Of a stretch of DNA of 64,000 nt, positions 13,064 through 24,959 are shown piece after piece. The position numbers were made by a program, and so were the translations under genes. The stretch is from Octopus vulgaris (taxonomy: Eukaryota), in NCBI GenBank assembly GCA_951406725.2, contig OX597827.1, forward strand, positions 868,001 through 932,000. The letters are read 5' to 3'. How positions within the stretch are numbered: the first letter of the stretch is position 1; each line of letters opens with the position of its first letter. Under the pieces are notes generated by a model. It had not been told where the DNA came from, searched no databases, and worked only from the letters and a program-made list of their open reading frames with translations.

Positions 13064-13909
13064 GCATGTGCATGTTTGCACGCCACCACTTGACAACCGT
13101 TGTTGACTTTGTTATGTACCCGTAATTCAGCCGTTCGGTAAATGAGATTGATAGAATATATATCAAAGTTAAAAAAAAACAACATAAGTCTTTGTTCGAC
13201 TAAACTCCCCTGCCTGTAGAATAGCATGCTACTTACACGTTAATTTAATTTCTCTGCATATGTGGTTGCTCATCGTCGATTCTGACGGAGAATCCAATAT
13301 TTATTTCCTATATTGATATAATTCTGCAAACTTGGCGATAATGGTGTGGGGAGTATTCGAACCGATTACATCTTAAAATCCACCCGGTACTATAAGATGG
13401 AGGAGGAGGCCGAAGTTGCCCTCCGTGCGATTTGAAATCGTAACGTGTAAAAGATAAAAAGAAAAATATATAAACTCTGAGCCATAAACGTGAAGACTTT
13501 TCGTTTGCCGCTCGAATGATTCCACCAAGCCATTGGCCTCCGTACATTAAGTATATTAACACCAACGTAACCATGGCAAGAACGATCTATGCTCGATTTC
13601 TCACGTATCCTCCCCTCAATAAGAGATAAGGGCCTATTGTACCATGTGACAAAAGAAAAAAGAAAAATAGAAGACAGAAAAAAGACAGTTACCGTTTAGT
13701 TTTGGGTTACAGTTGTTGCTGTTGTTGTTGCGGTTTCTGTTGTTGTTTTTGTTGTTGGTGTTGGTAAGTGAATTCCTCCATTAGGGAAAAATACCGCTTC
13801 CAGCAAACTGACTTCATATTTCACCTGGTTGATTAATTCCTGGTTTATATTGTGTGCTTTTAATTCCCCGAACATAGCGAATGCCCTCGAGATAGATGCA
13901 CGAATGCTG

Positions 13910-13965
13910 CCATCGTCATCATCATCATCGTCGTCGTCGTCATCATTATCATCATCACCATCAGC

Positions 13966-14014
<49 letters not shown>

Positions 14015-14476
14015 CGATCATCAACATCATCGCCATCGTCTTCCTCATCATCATTGTCGTCGTCGCCGCCGTCGTCATTATAACCACCACCATCATCATC
14101 ATCATCGTCATCGACATCGTCATCGTTATCATCATCAACATCATTGTAACGAGCATCATCAATATCATCATCATCATTGTCGTCACCGTCGTTATCATCG
14201 TCGTCATCATCATCATCATCATCATCAGCGGCAGCAGCAGCAGCAGCAGCCCTATCTGCTTCGTCGCCATCATTGTAGTGGCGTTGATCGTCGGAGTCGT
14301 TATCATCATCAAGTTTTATATTATCATAAGTGTCACCGTCTCTATAGGTGTCAGCACCATCACCACACTTGCAACTGTCATCACCCCTACAACCGCTACC
14401 ACCATCGCCAACGCCGCCGCTGCCGTCGCTGCTGACGCTGCTAACTTCCACCACCACCACAACAAACATCATCATC
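13910..14476. repeat. (CAT/CGT)n low-complexity tract
   Basis: Directly visible; source of the poly-D/M/H ORFs. Confidence 0.9.
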
Positions 14477-14496
14477 AGACCTATCTTCTTTTCTGA

Positions 14497-14886
14497 TCAT
14501 GGAACAAGGCCCGAAATTTTGGGGGAGGAGGGCCAGTCGATTAGATCGCCTCCAGTAGGTAACTGGTACTTTATTTATCGACCCCGAAAAGATGAAAGGC
14601 AAAGTTGACCTCGGTGGAGTTTCAACTCAGAACATAAAGACAGACGAAATACCTATTTCTTTGCTGCCCACAAGGGGCTACACACAGAGGGGACAAACAA
14701 GGACAGACAAACGGATTAAGTCGATTATATCGATTCCAGTACGTAACTGGTACTTTATTTATCGACCCCGAAAGAATGAAAGGCAAAGTCGACCTCGGCG
14801 GAATTTGAATTCAGAACGTAAAGGCTGACGAAATACGGCTACGCATTTCGTCCGGTGTGCTAACGTTTCTGCCAGCTCACCACCTT
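14497..14886 (-). mobile_element. SINE family 1, partially dimeric form
   Basis: Two tandem copies of AACTGGTACTTTATTTATCGACCCCGAAA...GCAAAGTCGACCTCGG separated by a TTAATCCGTTTGTCTGTCC linker. Confidence 0.85.
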
Positions 14887-14927
14887 CCATCAGCTCTATC
14901 TTCATCTCCACCATTGTCTTAAGTTTG

Positions 14928-14963
<36 letters not shown>

Positions 14964-15713
14964 GTGTGTGTGTGTGTGTGTGTACTTCTGCAAGCTAAAG
15001 ATATTCTTAGCATACTAAAGTGAAGGAGTAACCATTAATATGAAGAAGAAATAATAAACAGAAAGAATAATAAAATACATACGTAAATAAATATATATAA
15101 ATATATAATATATATATATGAATGATAAAAAAATCAACAGATGAAAACAAAAAAAAATTAAAAATATGAATACAACAAAGAATAGAAGATTGTATAGTGA
15201 AGAAGTCCAAATTGTTAAATATATTATTTCTAAGTTCGATTTCGGATTCATGAGGCAGTTTCCTCACGTGTGAATCCAAGAATGACAGAATTCAGATCAG
15301 TACAGCTGGAAGGTGTTTGATTTAAGTGAGATCAGATTAAAGATATTAGTTACCGGATGATCGATAATAGTGCGAAAGAAGCAAAAGTTTAAGGAACAGG
15401 ATCGGTGGATCTGCGGAAAATACATGGCAGCATCCGAGGTTTTATATATACCATGTGATGCTGAACTGATAGCTGGCCCCAGCCATTCCTTCCACAGAAC
15501 CACATGTCACCCTCCGAGGCTTCCTTCCTACCCTATCCAGAGGTCAGTGGCAATCACCTTCCAGTACTGGGACCTGATCTGTATTTGTTATCAGAGTATT
15601 CTGTTCGTTTTCTTCTCATTCGGTGACACCAGCACTCATCAGTAAATAATTTGTTTGCTGATGTTATAAACAAGAGCCATAAACTCATGACAGATTCGTC
15701 TGTCGGAGGAAGC

Positions 15714-15759
15714 TTTGCCTGAGGAGACACAACGATGTCAAAACACTGGGTGTTCCAAA
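15714..15759 (+). ncRNA. Degenerate minimal hammerhead ribozyme
   Basis: TTTGC-CTGAGGA-GACA-caacga-TGTC-aAAAC-AC-tgg-GT-GTT-CCAAA; three stems present, G12 changed to A and one stem I mismatch. Confidence 0.5.
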
Positions 15760-16639
15760 CTCCCCTTAAAAAAGGAATAGTCTCTTATGAATACACATTC
15801 CTCTGCCTATTCATCCACTCATATATCTATCCATCTACCCATCTTCTTAAATACCCATCCATCCACCCAGCCCCACTCCTATCCCTCCTTTCATCCATTT
15901 GTCCAACTCTCAATCTACCCATACACACACTCACCCATCCATCCACCGTCCATTCACCTATCCATCCATCCATCCGCTTATATATCTGTCTACTCACCCT
16001 TCCAACCATGCCCCCATCCTCCTATCCATCCACCCACCAACTTATCTATCTATCCGTTAACCATCTACCTATATGGTCTCACCGGGCCCATGGCGCCAGG
16101 TAGTAGGATCGAATCAGACAGAACCAAATATCTCAACCACACAGCTTTGCCACCCTTATATGTTCTGAACACCAAACTCCACTCAGGTCGACTTAGTCTT
16201 TCGTTCAACCAGAGATCGATAAAATAATTTACCCGTCAACTAGTAATGACGATCTAACCATTTATATACCCACCCTCTAAACCGGGTGGCATTGTATTTA
16301 GATTAGAAACAATAAGTTATTGAGCTTTATATTCATTTTGGTGGTTCTTGTTCTGCCTGTCATTGTCTCTTTCTCTTCCTCTGTCAGTCTGACTGTCTGT
16401 CAAGCTGTCTCTGTGTCGCTGTCTATCTGTCGCTCGCTCTCTGTATGCTTGTCTCCCTGTATGTCTGTCTCTCACTTTCTGTCTCTCTCTCTGTCTTTTT
16501 CTCTACCTCTCTTTCTCTCCCTCCCCCTCCATCTCTCATTCTCACTTCATATCTTCACTACTTTCCTTGTCGTCTTCCCACCTCCAACTTTTCCCCCTCC
16601 TCCTCGTCCTCTCCCTCTCATGCTCCCTCTTCTCCTCCT

Positions 16640-16821
16640 TGTTATCATTATAAACGTCATTGTACTAATGATAATAATCACTACCACTACTACCATCTCT
16701 ATCATCATCATCATCATCATCATAATTATCGTCGTCATCATCATAACATTCATCATTATTATCGTCACCACCACCACCACCATCATCACAACCGTCATCA
16801 TCATCATCCTCATCGTCGTCG

Positions 16822-16854
<33 letters not shown>

Positions 16855-17535
16855 GAATCGTCATTGTAGCCGTAATTGTCGTTATTTGTCGCCATCATCA
16901 TCTTCATCATCATCATCATCAGCAGCATCAGCATCAGCATCGTCAACACCATATTGTTACTTTTGTAATAGTAGTAGTAGTAGTAGTAATAGTTGTTGTT
17001 GTTCTTGTGCTTAATCTGCTTCCTCTTCTTCTTAATCATCATCTTCATCATCTCCAATACTATTCTGTTCCTCCCCGTCACCATCATCACTCCTATTCAC
17101 CATTCTCTTCATTAGAATTTCATCAGCATCAACATCATCAACAACACCATTCTCACATTTTATCCCTTTCATCACCGTCACTACCACCACCACCACCACC
17201 ACCACCACCACCACCACCACCACCACCACCGCCAACCCCACCACAACCACTACCACCGTCACCGCCACCACCATCATCATCACCATCACTGACATCATTA
17301 CAACACTCAGCTCGCACCTCCTACCATCCCCCACCATCCGCAAGCATATCACAACCGCGTCAACACTGCCGGCTGTCCACCCATCCATCCACCCATCCAT
17401 ACAACCATCCATCCATCCATCCATCTATCCATCAACCCACCCCTAACTTCCACGTCCATCACCACCTTCTTATCCCCAACCAACACCACCACCACCACCA
17501 CCACCACCGCCGCCGCCACTGCCACCGACGCCAAA
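16640..17535. repeat. Compound (CAT)n/(CAC)n/(TCCA)n microsatellite region
   Basis: Directly visible. Confidence 0.9.
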
Positions 17536-17911
17536 CAGCTTTGCTGTTAAGAAAACCATAAAGATGTTCAAATTGGAACATTATTCAAAATTTACTGCTG
17601 TAAATAGCATCATTGAGAGTGCATTTTATTACTGAACCAGCCTATTATCAAGCTAAATCACTCTCTATCCAATAGCCTCGTAGTGTTTCTACAGAATCTT
17701 GCCAGATCATAGCATATTTATGACTTTATACCATGTCAGAGCATACACTAACGTGTCGTATGACATCTTGCCAAAATCCTATACCTGACTTCTACTAGAC
17801 TTCTATCGCTCCAGACTTGAATCCCAGGAAGAAAATATCTTGGGCATGTGTGTGTCTGTGTGTCTGTAAAACGGCATGCCACAAAGTGTATACGCAAATT
17901 TAAAATAATTA

Positions 17912-17942
<31 letters not shown>

Positions 17943-18017
17943 CTGTATGTATGTGTGTATGTATATGTCTATATGTATGGATATATATGTAGGCATAAAT
18001 ATATATGTATAAACACA

Positions 18018-18101
<84 letters not shown>

Positions 18102-18320
18102 CATATACACACACACAAAACATATACTTGCTCTAGCATGGCCGCAGTCAAATGACTGAAACAAATGAAAGTCCTTCTAGTCTGATTCAGAGTACTTGAT
18201 TCATGGATTTTTTTACTCTACCCTTGGATTACGTTACCTTTAAATTCCTTCAGAGTACGTCGTTTCTGCACCTTTGATTACATATATATATGTATATATA
18301 TATGAATATACACGTACATA

Positions 18321-18401
<81 letters not shown>

Positions 18402-18721
18402 TCCCCCCTCCCGTCGTTGACCCGCGACGAGACTTCGCTGCTGTCTTTCTGGTCTGGCCCTCTCAAGGTAATGGACGACAATTATTTTTGCTCCGCTCGT
18501 CGTTCATAAAAAAATCCGCGTTCGCAATACTTTTTTTCGTTCGGCGTTAACAGCCCTCATCTTGTTTTTCCTTGTCCTGTCTTTTACTGTTTATAATTTG
18601 TACTGTCGTTACTGTCCTGTTTTTGTTACCATTTTTTACCCCTCTGCGAAAAGATCTCAGAATTTTAATTGATTTGCTTTTCGCAGGAAGGAAAGTTTCT
18701 TGTCGAAGATACGTCTCGCTT

Positions 18722-18930
18722 TCACCTTCGAAACGTAGAGTAGATGAAACCATAGCGACTGAAGAAGGGTTTTTTTCTTTGCGTTAATTGTCCTGTACTC
18801 TATTTTTTTGTTGTTTAAAGAAATGTCCAGTTCCTTTGGTTTGTGTCTATGTTTTCGTTTCTCATTGTGTTCGACGTCTTTTTGGTGTCCTGTACTCATA
18901 TATGCGTGTATATGTACATGTAGAGGTAGG
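18722..18930 (+). mobile_element. Unclassified repeat family carrying hammerhead core motifs in permuted order (copy 1)
   Basis: CGAAACGTAGAGTAGA...CTGAAGAAGGG...TTGTCCTGT...TCCTGTACTCATATATGC; recurs at 19712 and 44912. Confidence 0.55.
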
Positions 18931-18976
18931 TACGTACATATATGTTTATATATATGCATATGTTTTATTTTATTTA

Positions 18977-19066
<90 letters not shown>

Positions 19067-19575
19067 CACACGAATATAACTGTTCTGCAATGTAATTTCC
19101 CGTTTTGTAGAAAGAAAAGCAGTGAGACGGAGGAAATATCTTCTATGATCTTATTTTGGATCATCTCTAAATAAACGAAGATATTTCCTCTGTGTGCCTA
19201 CTTTTCTTTATACACATATATATAATATTTCGTTTTGGGATTTGGTCTGCAGGATTCTTTATGTGAGTTCGTGTGTTTGAGCATATTCTGATGTGCCTCG
19301 GAGTCAAGACTATTGAAAAGCTTGCAAGACGCAACTCAAATTTTAGGAAAATAAAAATAAGGAATAAGTGGAAATTTTACTGGCGAGTGTGTTAAATTAT
19401 AAGGCACAAAAAGAAAATGACTCTCCCGAGACACAACCGTATGTATAATAATATAGGGCATAATTAATCAATTAATTCATTTTGCCAAGTAGTCAGTACG
19501 TTAAAAAATCCTTTTTAGGTAAATTATATAAAATATTCTATAATTATAATCGGGTGTCATATATATATATATATA

Positions 19576-19631
19576 GGATCTATTCCATCTCAGTCACCGA
19601 TTTTTTAATTAATTTTTTATGGAATAGATCC
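19576..19631. mobile_element. 56-bp TA-flanked mini element with perfect 13-bp TIRs
   Basis: GGATCTATTCCAT...ATGGAATAGATCC inside a (TA)n tract. Confidence 0.55.
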
Positions 19632-19711
19632 TATATATATATATATATATGTATATATAAACATATGGTTCGCGGAAGCAACTGCCTTCAAAGTTTTATA
19701 TTGTTGTTCAG

Positions 19712-19880
19712 TGCTCCAAATAAGGAGTAGAATGACACCCGACAACTGATGAAGTGTCGTTATTTATGTTACTTGTTTTGCATTTGTTTCTTACTTTGTT
19801 TGCGTACCCAACTTTATTTTCGTATTTCATGTTGTTTACGTTTTGTGACCTCCTGTACACATATACGCATATCTATATAC
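19712..19880 (+). mobile_element. Permuted-hammerhead repeat family (copy 2, diverged)
   Basis: GCTCCAAATAAGGAGTAGAATGACACCCGACAACTGATGAAGTG...GTGACCTCCTGTACACATATACGC. Confidence 0.5.
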
Positions 19881-20089
19881 ATATGTATGTATGTACATAT
19901 ATGCATGTATATTTGCGTATATATATTACTTATATTATATATATACATATAAACACATATTATAAACATACATATATAAACATACATACATACATACATA
20001 CATACATACATACTTACATATATATATATATGTTGTGGTGGAGATGGTGTCGGTGATAGTGATGGCGGTAGTGATCCTGATATATATGT

Positions 20090-20845
20090 GACCAGTTGTA
20101 TTTGGTTATACAGCTATTGTGTGGTTCTGACGCTTTTGCGCCCACTGCAGACGTGCCCGTCGATGACGATCCGTGATGATGGGATCCTTAGGTGGACGTC
20201 GACAAGACAGACTGAAAGATCTCAACCGGTGCTGAACTGTCTCTTCATAAATGGGTCTGTGGTGAGTCCCTATGATCTGCCTAGTTGATTCCGTTGCCTT
20301 CTGGAATCGGTCCTGCAAATGCTGACGGTGCAGATGGCGATCTGGACATACTGTTGTAACCCTCACTGCGTTGACGATCATTGTATCGTTTCTTAATCCA
20401 CTCAATTGTCCAAAAACTGCAGTTCAAGTCATTAGCAATGACCCATGTACGTTGACCAGCATGGAGACATCAGATGGCTTGCACCCTCTGATTTCGTGTC
20501 AGTATTGGCATGCTGGCTACGTTCGGAAAATTTGGGTATCTTTTATACCGAATCGGTAAATTTGGGTGCCTTTTATAGTCAGTGAGTTAACGTTTTGCAT
20601 GTGCACCATACTTTTCATAAAGATGCATTCAAGAGTATTACCATGTTCACGAAAAGTGAGCGAGTTCGAACTTTACATGCAATCTTTCTGCTTTCCAAAA
20701 GCAGTGATGTTGTGGGCCAATGACATCTTCCTGATGTCAAGTTACCAAGAAATATGATAGAATCCATATGATCTCAATATCGTATGTGAAACAAATAATC
20801 TTTTACTGTGCGACGTCTTTTTTCCTTTTTTTTTGTAGTTCAGTG
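20090..20845 (-). pseudogene. Tc1-like transposon 5' portion (N-terminal transposase remnant)
   Basis: ORF 20106-20405 RVTT..DRHL...DRFQKATE...ETVQHRLR....CRRP...PIITDRHRRARLQWA is typical of the Tc1 HTH region; putative TIR start TA|CACTGAACTACAAAA at 20845. Confidence 0.75.
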
Positions 20846-20902
20846 TATATATATATATATATATATATACTTTATTTAAAGCAGCAGAAAATTCAACAAA
20901 AT

Positions 20903-20940
20903 CTGTTACTCTGAGTTTCTCGTTGCCGTTCATCAGACAG
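20903..20940 (-). ncRNA. Minimal type I hammerhead ribozyme (Penelope pLTR-type), near intact
   Basis: CTGT-CTGATGA-ACG-GCAA-CGA-GAAA-CTC-A-GAG-TA-ACAG; complete core, GUA cleavage triplet, stem I extends to about 13 bp with one mismatch, AATAAA about 25 nt downstream. Confidence 0.8.
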
Positions 20941-21005
20941 TTTTTGTTAGAAAACTGTCTGATGAACTGTCTGTCTAACAAAAACTGTCTGATGAACGGC
21001 AACGA

Positions 21006-21945
21006 CGACCTCACGTAACTTGCCCGACGACCTCACGCAACACACCCTTCTATTTGCCGACGATATCAAACTGGTCGCTCCTCGCGGTAGTATAGAGGAT
21101 CTTCGTCGATGCCTCCACCAAATTTGGAAGTGGTCTAACGATTGGGACCTGTGTCTGAACGTGTCAAAGTGCTGTCATCTGCCTGTCGGCTCTACTCCTG
21201 CAACTCAACTTGATTTCGAGCCGGGTCGTCTGCTGCTGGAGAGGACCGATCAGGTAAAGGACCTGGGTATCTTGGTGGATTCCTCCTTTTCGCCTTCGGC
21301 CCAGTGCGTCCATGCTGCCAACAAAGCGCGCGGAATTCTGTTTTTGATTCGACGGTCATTCGGAGTGCTCACAGCAGCCATATTCCTGCCACTCTATGTC
21401 ACGCTGGTGAGACCCATATTGGAGTATGGGATTCAAGCCTCTTCTCCTTATCTCCTCAAAGATATACAGCACCTCGAAAGAGTCCAGAGGCTGGCTACCC
21501 GCCTGGTTCATGGTCTCAAAAATTTGTCCCACGAAGAAAGGCTGAGGACGCTCGACCTTTATTCTCTTGAAAAACGCCGCCGCCGTGGTGATCTCATTCT
21601 CGCCCACAACATCATAAGCGGGAAGTGTAACCTCTCGAAAGAGCTGTTCTTCACTCCTGCTCCGGAGCGTCGGCTGCGGGGTCATTCCGAAAAGCTCTAC
21701 CTGCGACGATTTCATCTCAATCGAAGGAGAGGAGCTTTCTCCGTCCGGGTTGCGGATCCGTGGAACAAGCTGCCAGATGAGATGGTGAAGATGCCAACGA
21801 CCGCTTTGTTCAAAGCCTCCCTGGACCACAAGTGGCCTGAACTCTTTACATGAACACCACCCTGTACTTAACTCCATGTCCCCCTACATGGCCTTGCTAT
21901 TTGCTTTTGAGCCAAATTAACTAACTAACTAACTAACTAACTAAC
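21006..21945 (+). mobile_element. 5'-truncated CR1-clade LINE with (CTAA)n tail
   Basis: Contains the ORF2 C-terminal fragment, a short 3' UTR and a (CTAA)n tail at about 21918-21945; GC-rich relative to flanks. Confidence 0.9.
21020..21853 (+). CDS. CR1-type LINE ORF2 C-terminal fragment (RT FADD motif to C-terminus), uninterrupted
   Basis: LLFADDIKL, KDLGILVD, LYVTLVRPILEY, LERVQRLATR, RRRRGDLI, RGHSEKL, FSVRV..WNKLP. Confidence 0.85.
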   Translation: MPDDLTQHTLLFADDIKLVAPRGSIEDLRRCLHQIWKWSNDWDLCLNVSKCCHLPVGSTPATQLDFEPGRLLLERTDQVKDLGILVDSSFSPSAQCVHAANKARGILFLIRRSFGVLTAAIFLPLYVTLVRPILEYGIQASSPYLLKDIQHLERVQRLATRLVHGLKNLSHEERLRTLDLYSLEKRRRRGDLILAHNIISGKCNLSKELFFTPAPERRLRGHSEKLYLRRFHLNRRRGAFSVRVADPWNKLPDEMVKMPTTALFKASLDHKWPELFT

Positions 21946-22036
21946 TCAGAGTAACAGATTTTGTTAAATGTTCTGCTGCTTTAAATAAAGCATATTACTC
22001 TACCACTGGTATTTGAGTACTCTTTTTTTCCACCTT

Positions 22037-22134
<98 letters not shown>

Positions 22135-22346
22135 CATGCATGTATGTATGTATGTATGTATGTATGTATGTATGTATGTATGTATGTATGTATGTATGTA
22201 TGTATGTATGTATGCATGTATGTATGTATGTATGTATGTATGTATGTATGTATGTATGTATGTATGTATGTATGTATGTATGGTGAAATGAAACACTAGA
22301 GTCTAAAGAGACTAGTGATGGTTAATGGCCGCAAATAATAAATATA

Positions 22347-22576
22347 AAATGTTCACCAGATGGAGTAATTTATTTTGCAGGAGGAAGACAATTTAACGTT
22401 TCGGGTGGAAATCCATCGTCAGTGTCAGATAAAATGTTTTCAATAGTGCTGAGTAACAAAAATAGATTCAGCAACATCAGAAAATAATTTATTTCTTTGA
22501 TGAGGAGTTTCCCACGAAACGTTACATTTCTTTTCTTCCTTACGACAAAACAACCTACACCAATTGGTGAACATCT
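22347..22576. repeat. Diverged inverted repeat with a hammerhead-like motif in each arm
   Basis: Left arm (minus) CTGACGA-TGGATTTCCACCC-GAAACGTTA; right arm TTGATGA-GGAGTTTCCCAC-GAAACGTTA; outer ends ATGTTCACCA / TGGTGAACAT. Confidence 0.55.
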
Positions 22577-22714
22577 TGCATTTCATCTTGAAATCGTAAT
22601 GGCAGCTTTAGTCATCATCACAATCACTAATATTATCGGAAACATTTTCTTTGGGAGTGTTCTTTAATATAAAGCTGCTCAATGTGGGTTTATGGTCACC
22701 TTCTGCAAGATATA

Positions 22715-23275
22715 TTAGGTTGTCTGGAAAGTTCGTGCCGATTTTTAAAGGAAAGAAAAAGGTCAATAAATACATTACATTTTTAATCAACCAAATATGA
22801 ACCATTTTGCTGTACAGTGCGTCTCCATGTTTCCTTTAACTTGAAAATACCTTCTTCCCAGAATTGAGGTGGATTCATGGCAAAGAATTCATCAAGGTAT
22901 CTTTTGACGTCATCCAAGGAATTGAAATTTTTACCATTAAGACTAGTCTGCAGAGACCTGGATAAGTGGAAATCCGAAGGAGCAATATCTGGTGAATATG
23001 GAAGGTGGGGTAACACATCCCAGCCGAGCTGCAGCTATTTTTGTCTGGTTCCCAAAGCATCAAGTGCCGAAAATGAACTTTCTCATCTTTTATTTTAAAG
23101 GGTTACAGAATTAACACAGTTTATAGGAACATAAACCTTCTTCCACGAAAAGATAGCTTAAACTGTTCTCTAAATGGAGGTGTATTCAAATCCTACTTCA
23201 TGGACTCAACCATGTTCTTAAATAAGTCGAAAGGTAAGCTACTATAAATCGGCACGAACTTTCCAGACAACCCAA
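22715..23275 (-). mobile_element. Internally deleted mariner transposon
   Basis: About 30-bp TIRs TTAGGTTGTCTGGAAAGTTCGTGCCGATTT / AAATCGGCACGAACTTTCCAGACAACCCAA with TA flanks; N-terminal KVHFRHLMLW fused to C-terminal LPHLPYSPDIAPSDFHL...GIFKL..W. Confidence 0.92.
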
Positions 23276-23655
23276 TAGAATAAGAAATGTAATGACCTTC
23301 ACAATGTTATTCAGTTAATGTATGCGGTATTATTGCTTGAGTTCACTACGACACTTGACAGTTAATAATGTCTGTCTTAGTGCACTATGATACTTGGCGG
23401 TTAGTAGTGTCTGCTGAAAGAATATGTTATTTAAATACAGCCTCATCTGATCTTCCACCCGTATTTCCTTGCTTCCATTGTGTTGTTGTTGAACCTAGAG
23501 CTGTCCGCTTAGAAGACAAAAAGCACTACAGCCGTGTTACAGCCGTGTTGCAGCCGTGACCATTTTATCTTTTTTGTTTTGCTTATATCTATAACTACAT
23601 TGTTTAGTGATTCATCTGTGTTATTCTAAAGGCAGGCATCCTCAATTGTGAATTA

Positions 23656-23687
<32 letters not shown>

Positions 23688-24542
23688 GATGGTATGAAGC
23701 AACATTGCGGTCTTCAATAAAAGAACATATATTAATAACTATTTCGCTGTAATCAAAAGAATATTCATTTACATAACAATGCTGAGAATGTTGGCAGAAA
23801 TTTAGAGGAAGCGAGAGGAGACAAAAACTTTGATTTGTTAGCGTTGCTATACACCAAAACATAACTGTCAAATGCAGTGCCAAGTTTATGTATGTATGTA
23901 TGTATGTATGTGTGTATGTATGTATGTATGTATGTATGTATGTGTGTATGTATGTATGTGTGTATGTATGTATGTATGCATGTATATTTCTGTATGCATG
24001 TGTTATGCATGTATGTATGTATGCGTATTATGTATGTATGTACGTGCATATGTATTTATGTATGTTTGTATGTACGTACACATGTATGTGTATGTATATA
24101 CGTATGTATGTATGGATACCTGTATTTTCGTACGTATGTATATGTGTTTATATATGGATGTACGAATGTGTATATATGTTTGTACGTTAGTATGTGTGTT
24201 TTTATGGATACATTAGTGTATTTATGAATGCATGTATGTATGTATGAGTGCATGTGTGCGTTTGTATGCATGTATGTATATATGTATGTGTGTAAGTGTG
24301 TATTTATGAATATACTTAAATGTGTGTGTGTGTATATGTATTCCTTTTCATTTAGTGATGCCATTGATTGGACTAAGCCCATGGACATCCTGGGGCAAGA
24401 ACCGTCAAGATTTATTCAGTCTACTGTCGTTCTTATATCTTTGATATCTTTTTAGCGAACCGCTAAGTTATGGTTTGATATAAAGTAGTGAAATTCCACT
24501 CACCGGTTAACAAAGGTGAACATGAACTCATACATACATTAA

Positions 24543-24589
<47 letters not shown>

Positions 24590-24614
24590 ACATACACATA
24601 CATACACGCACACG

Positions 24615-24660
<46 letters not shown>

Positions 24661-24959
24661 TACATACACGCACACGCACACACACATACACACACAACTC
24701 AACACAACACATACGGTGTCAGAACGCCTGCTGTGTCCCTTCTTGATGACTAAATCTTCGAAGTCTCCATTAGATCTGCCCGTGTCACGCCTTGCAGCCT
24801 TTACAGTGTTCACAGAGTATTGAGTTCTATGTTTTTGAGAACGTATTTCGCATTTTAATAAAACATATCTAATCTTGCACAAACATTCAAATAACAAGTT
24901 TTGCACATCTTCTCGATACGCTTTCCTATAAAATTGTACTATGAATGCGCCTTTAGTTT

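Noticed and set aside
13696-14475. 259-aa acidic ORF resembling a biomineralisation protein
   Set aside because: Arises from a (CAT)n microsatellite that is open in several frames on both strands; the short unique part has no recognisable domain
16320-17561. Longest ORF in the window (413 aa)
   Set aside because: A concatenation of simple repeats (poly-I, H, P); no domain
21918-21945. (CTAA)n as an interstitial telomere
   Set aside because: Not the TTAGGG unit; positioned as the CR1 3' tail
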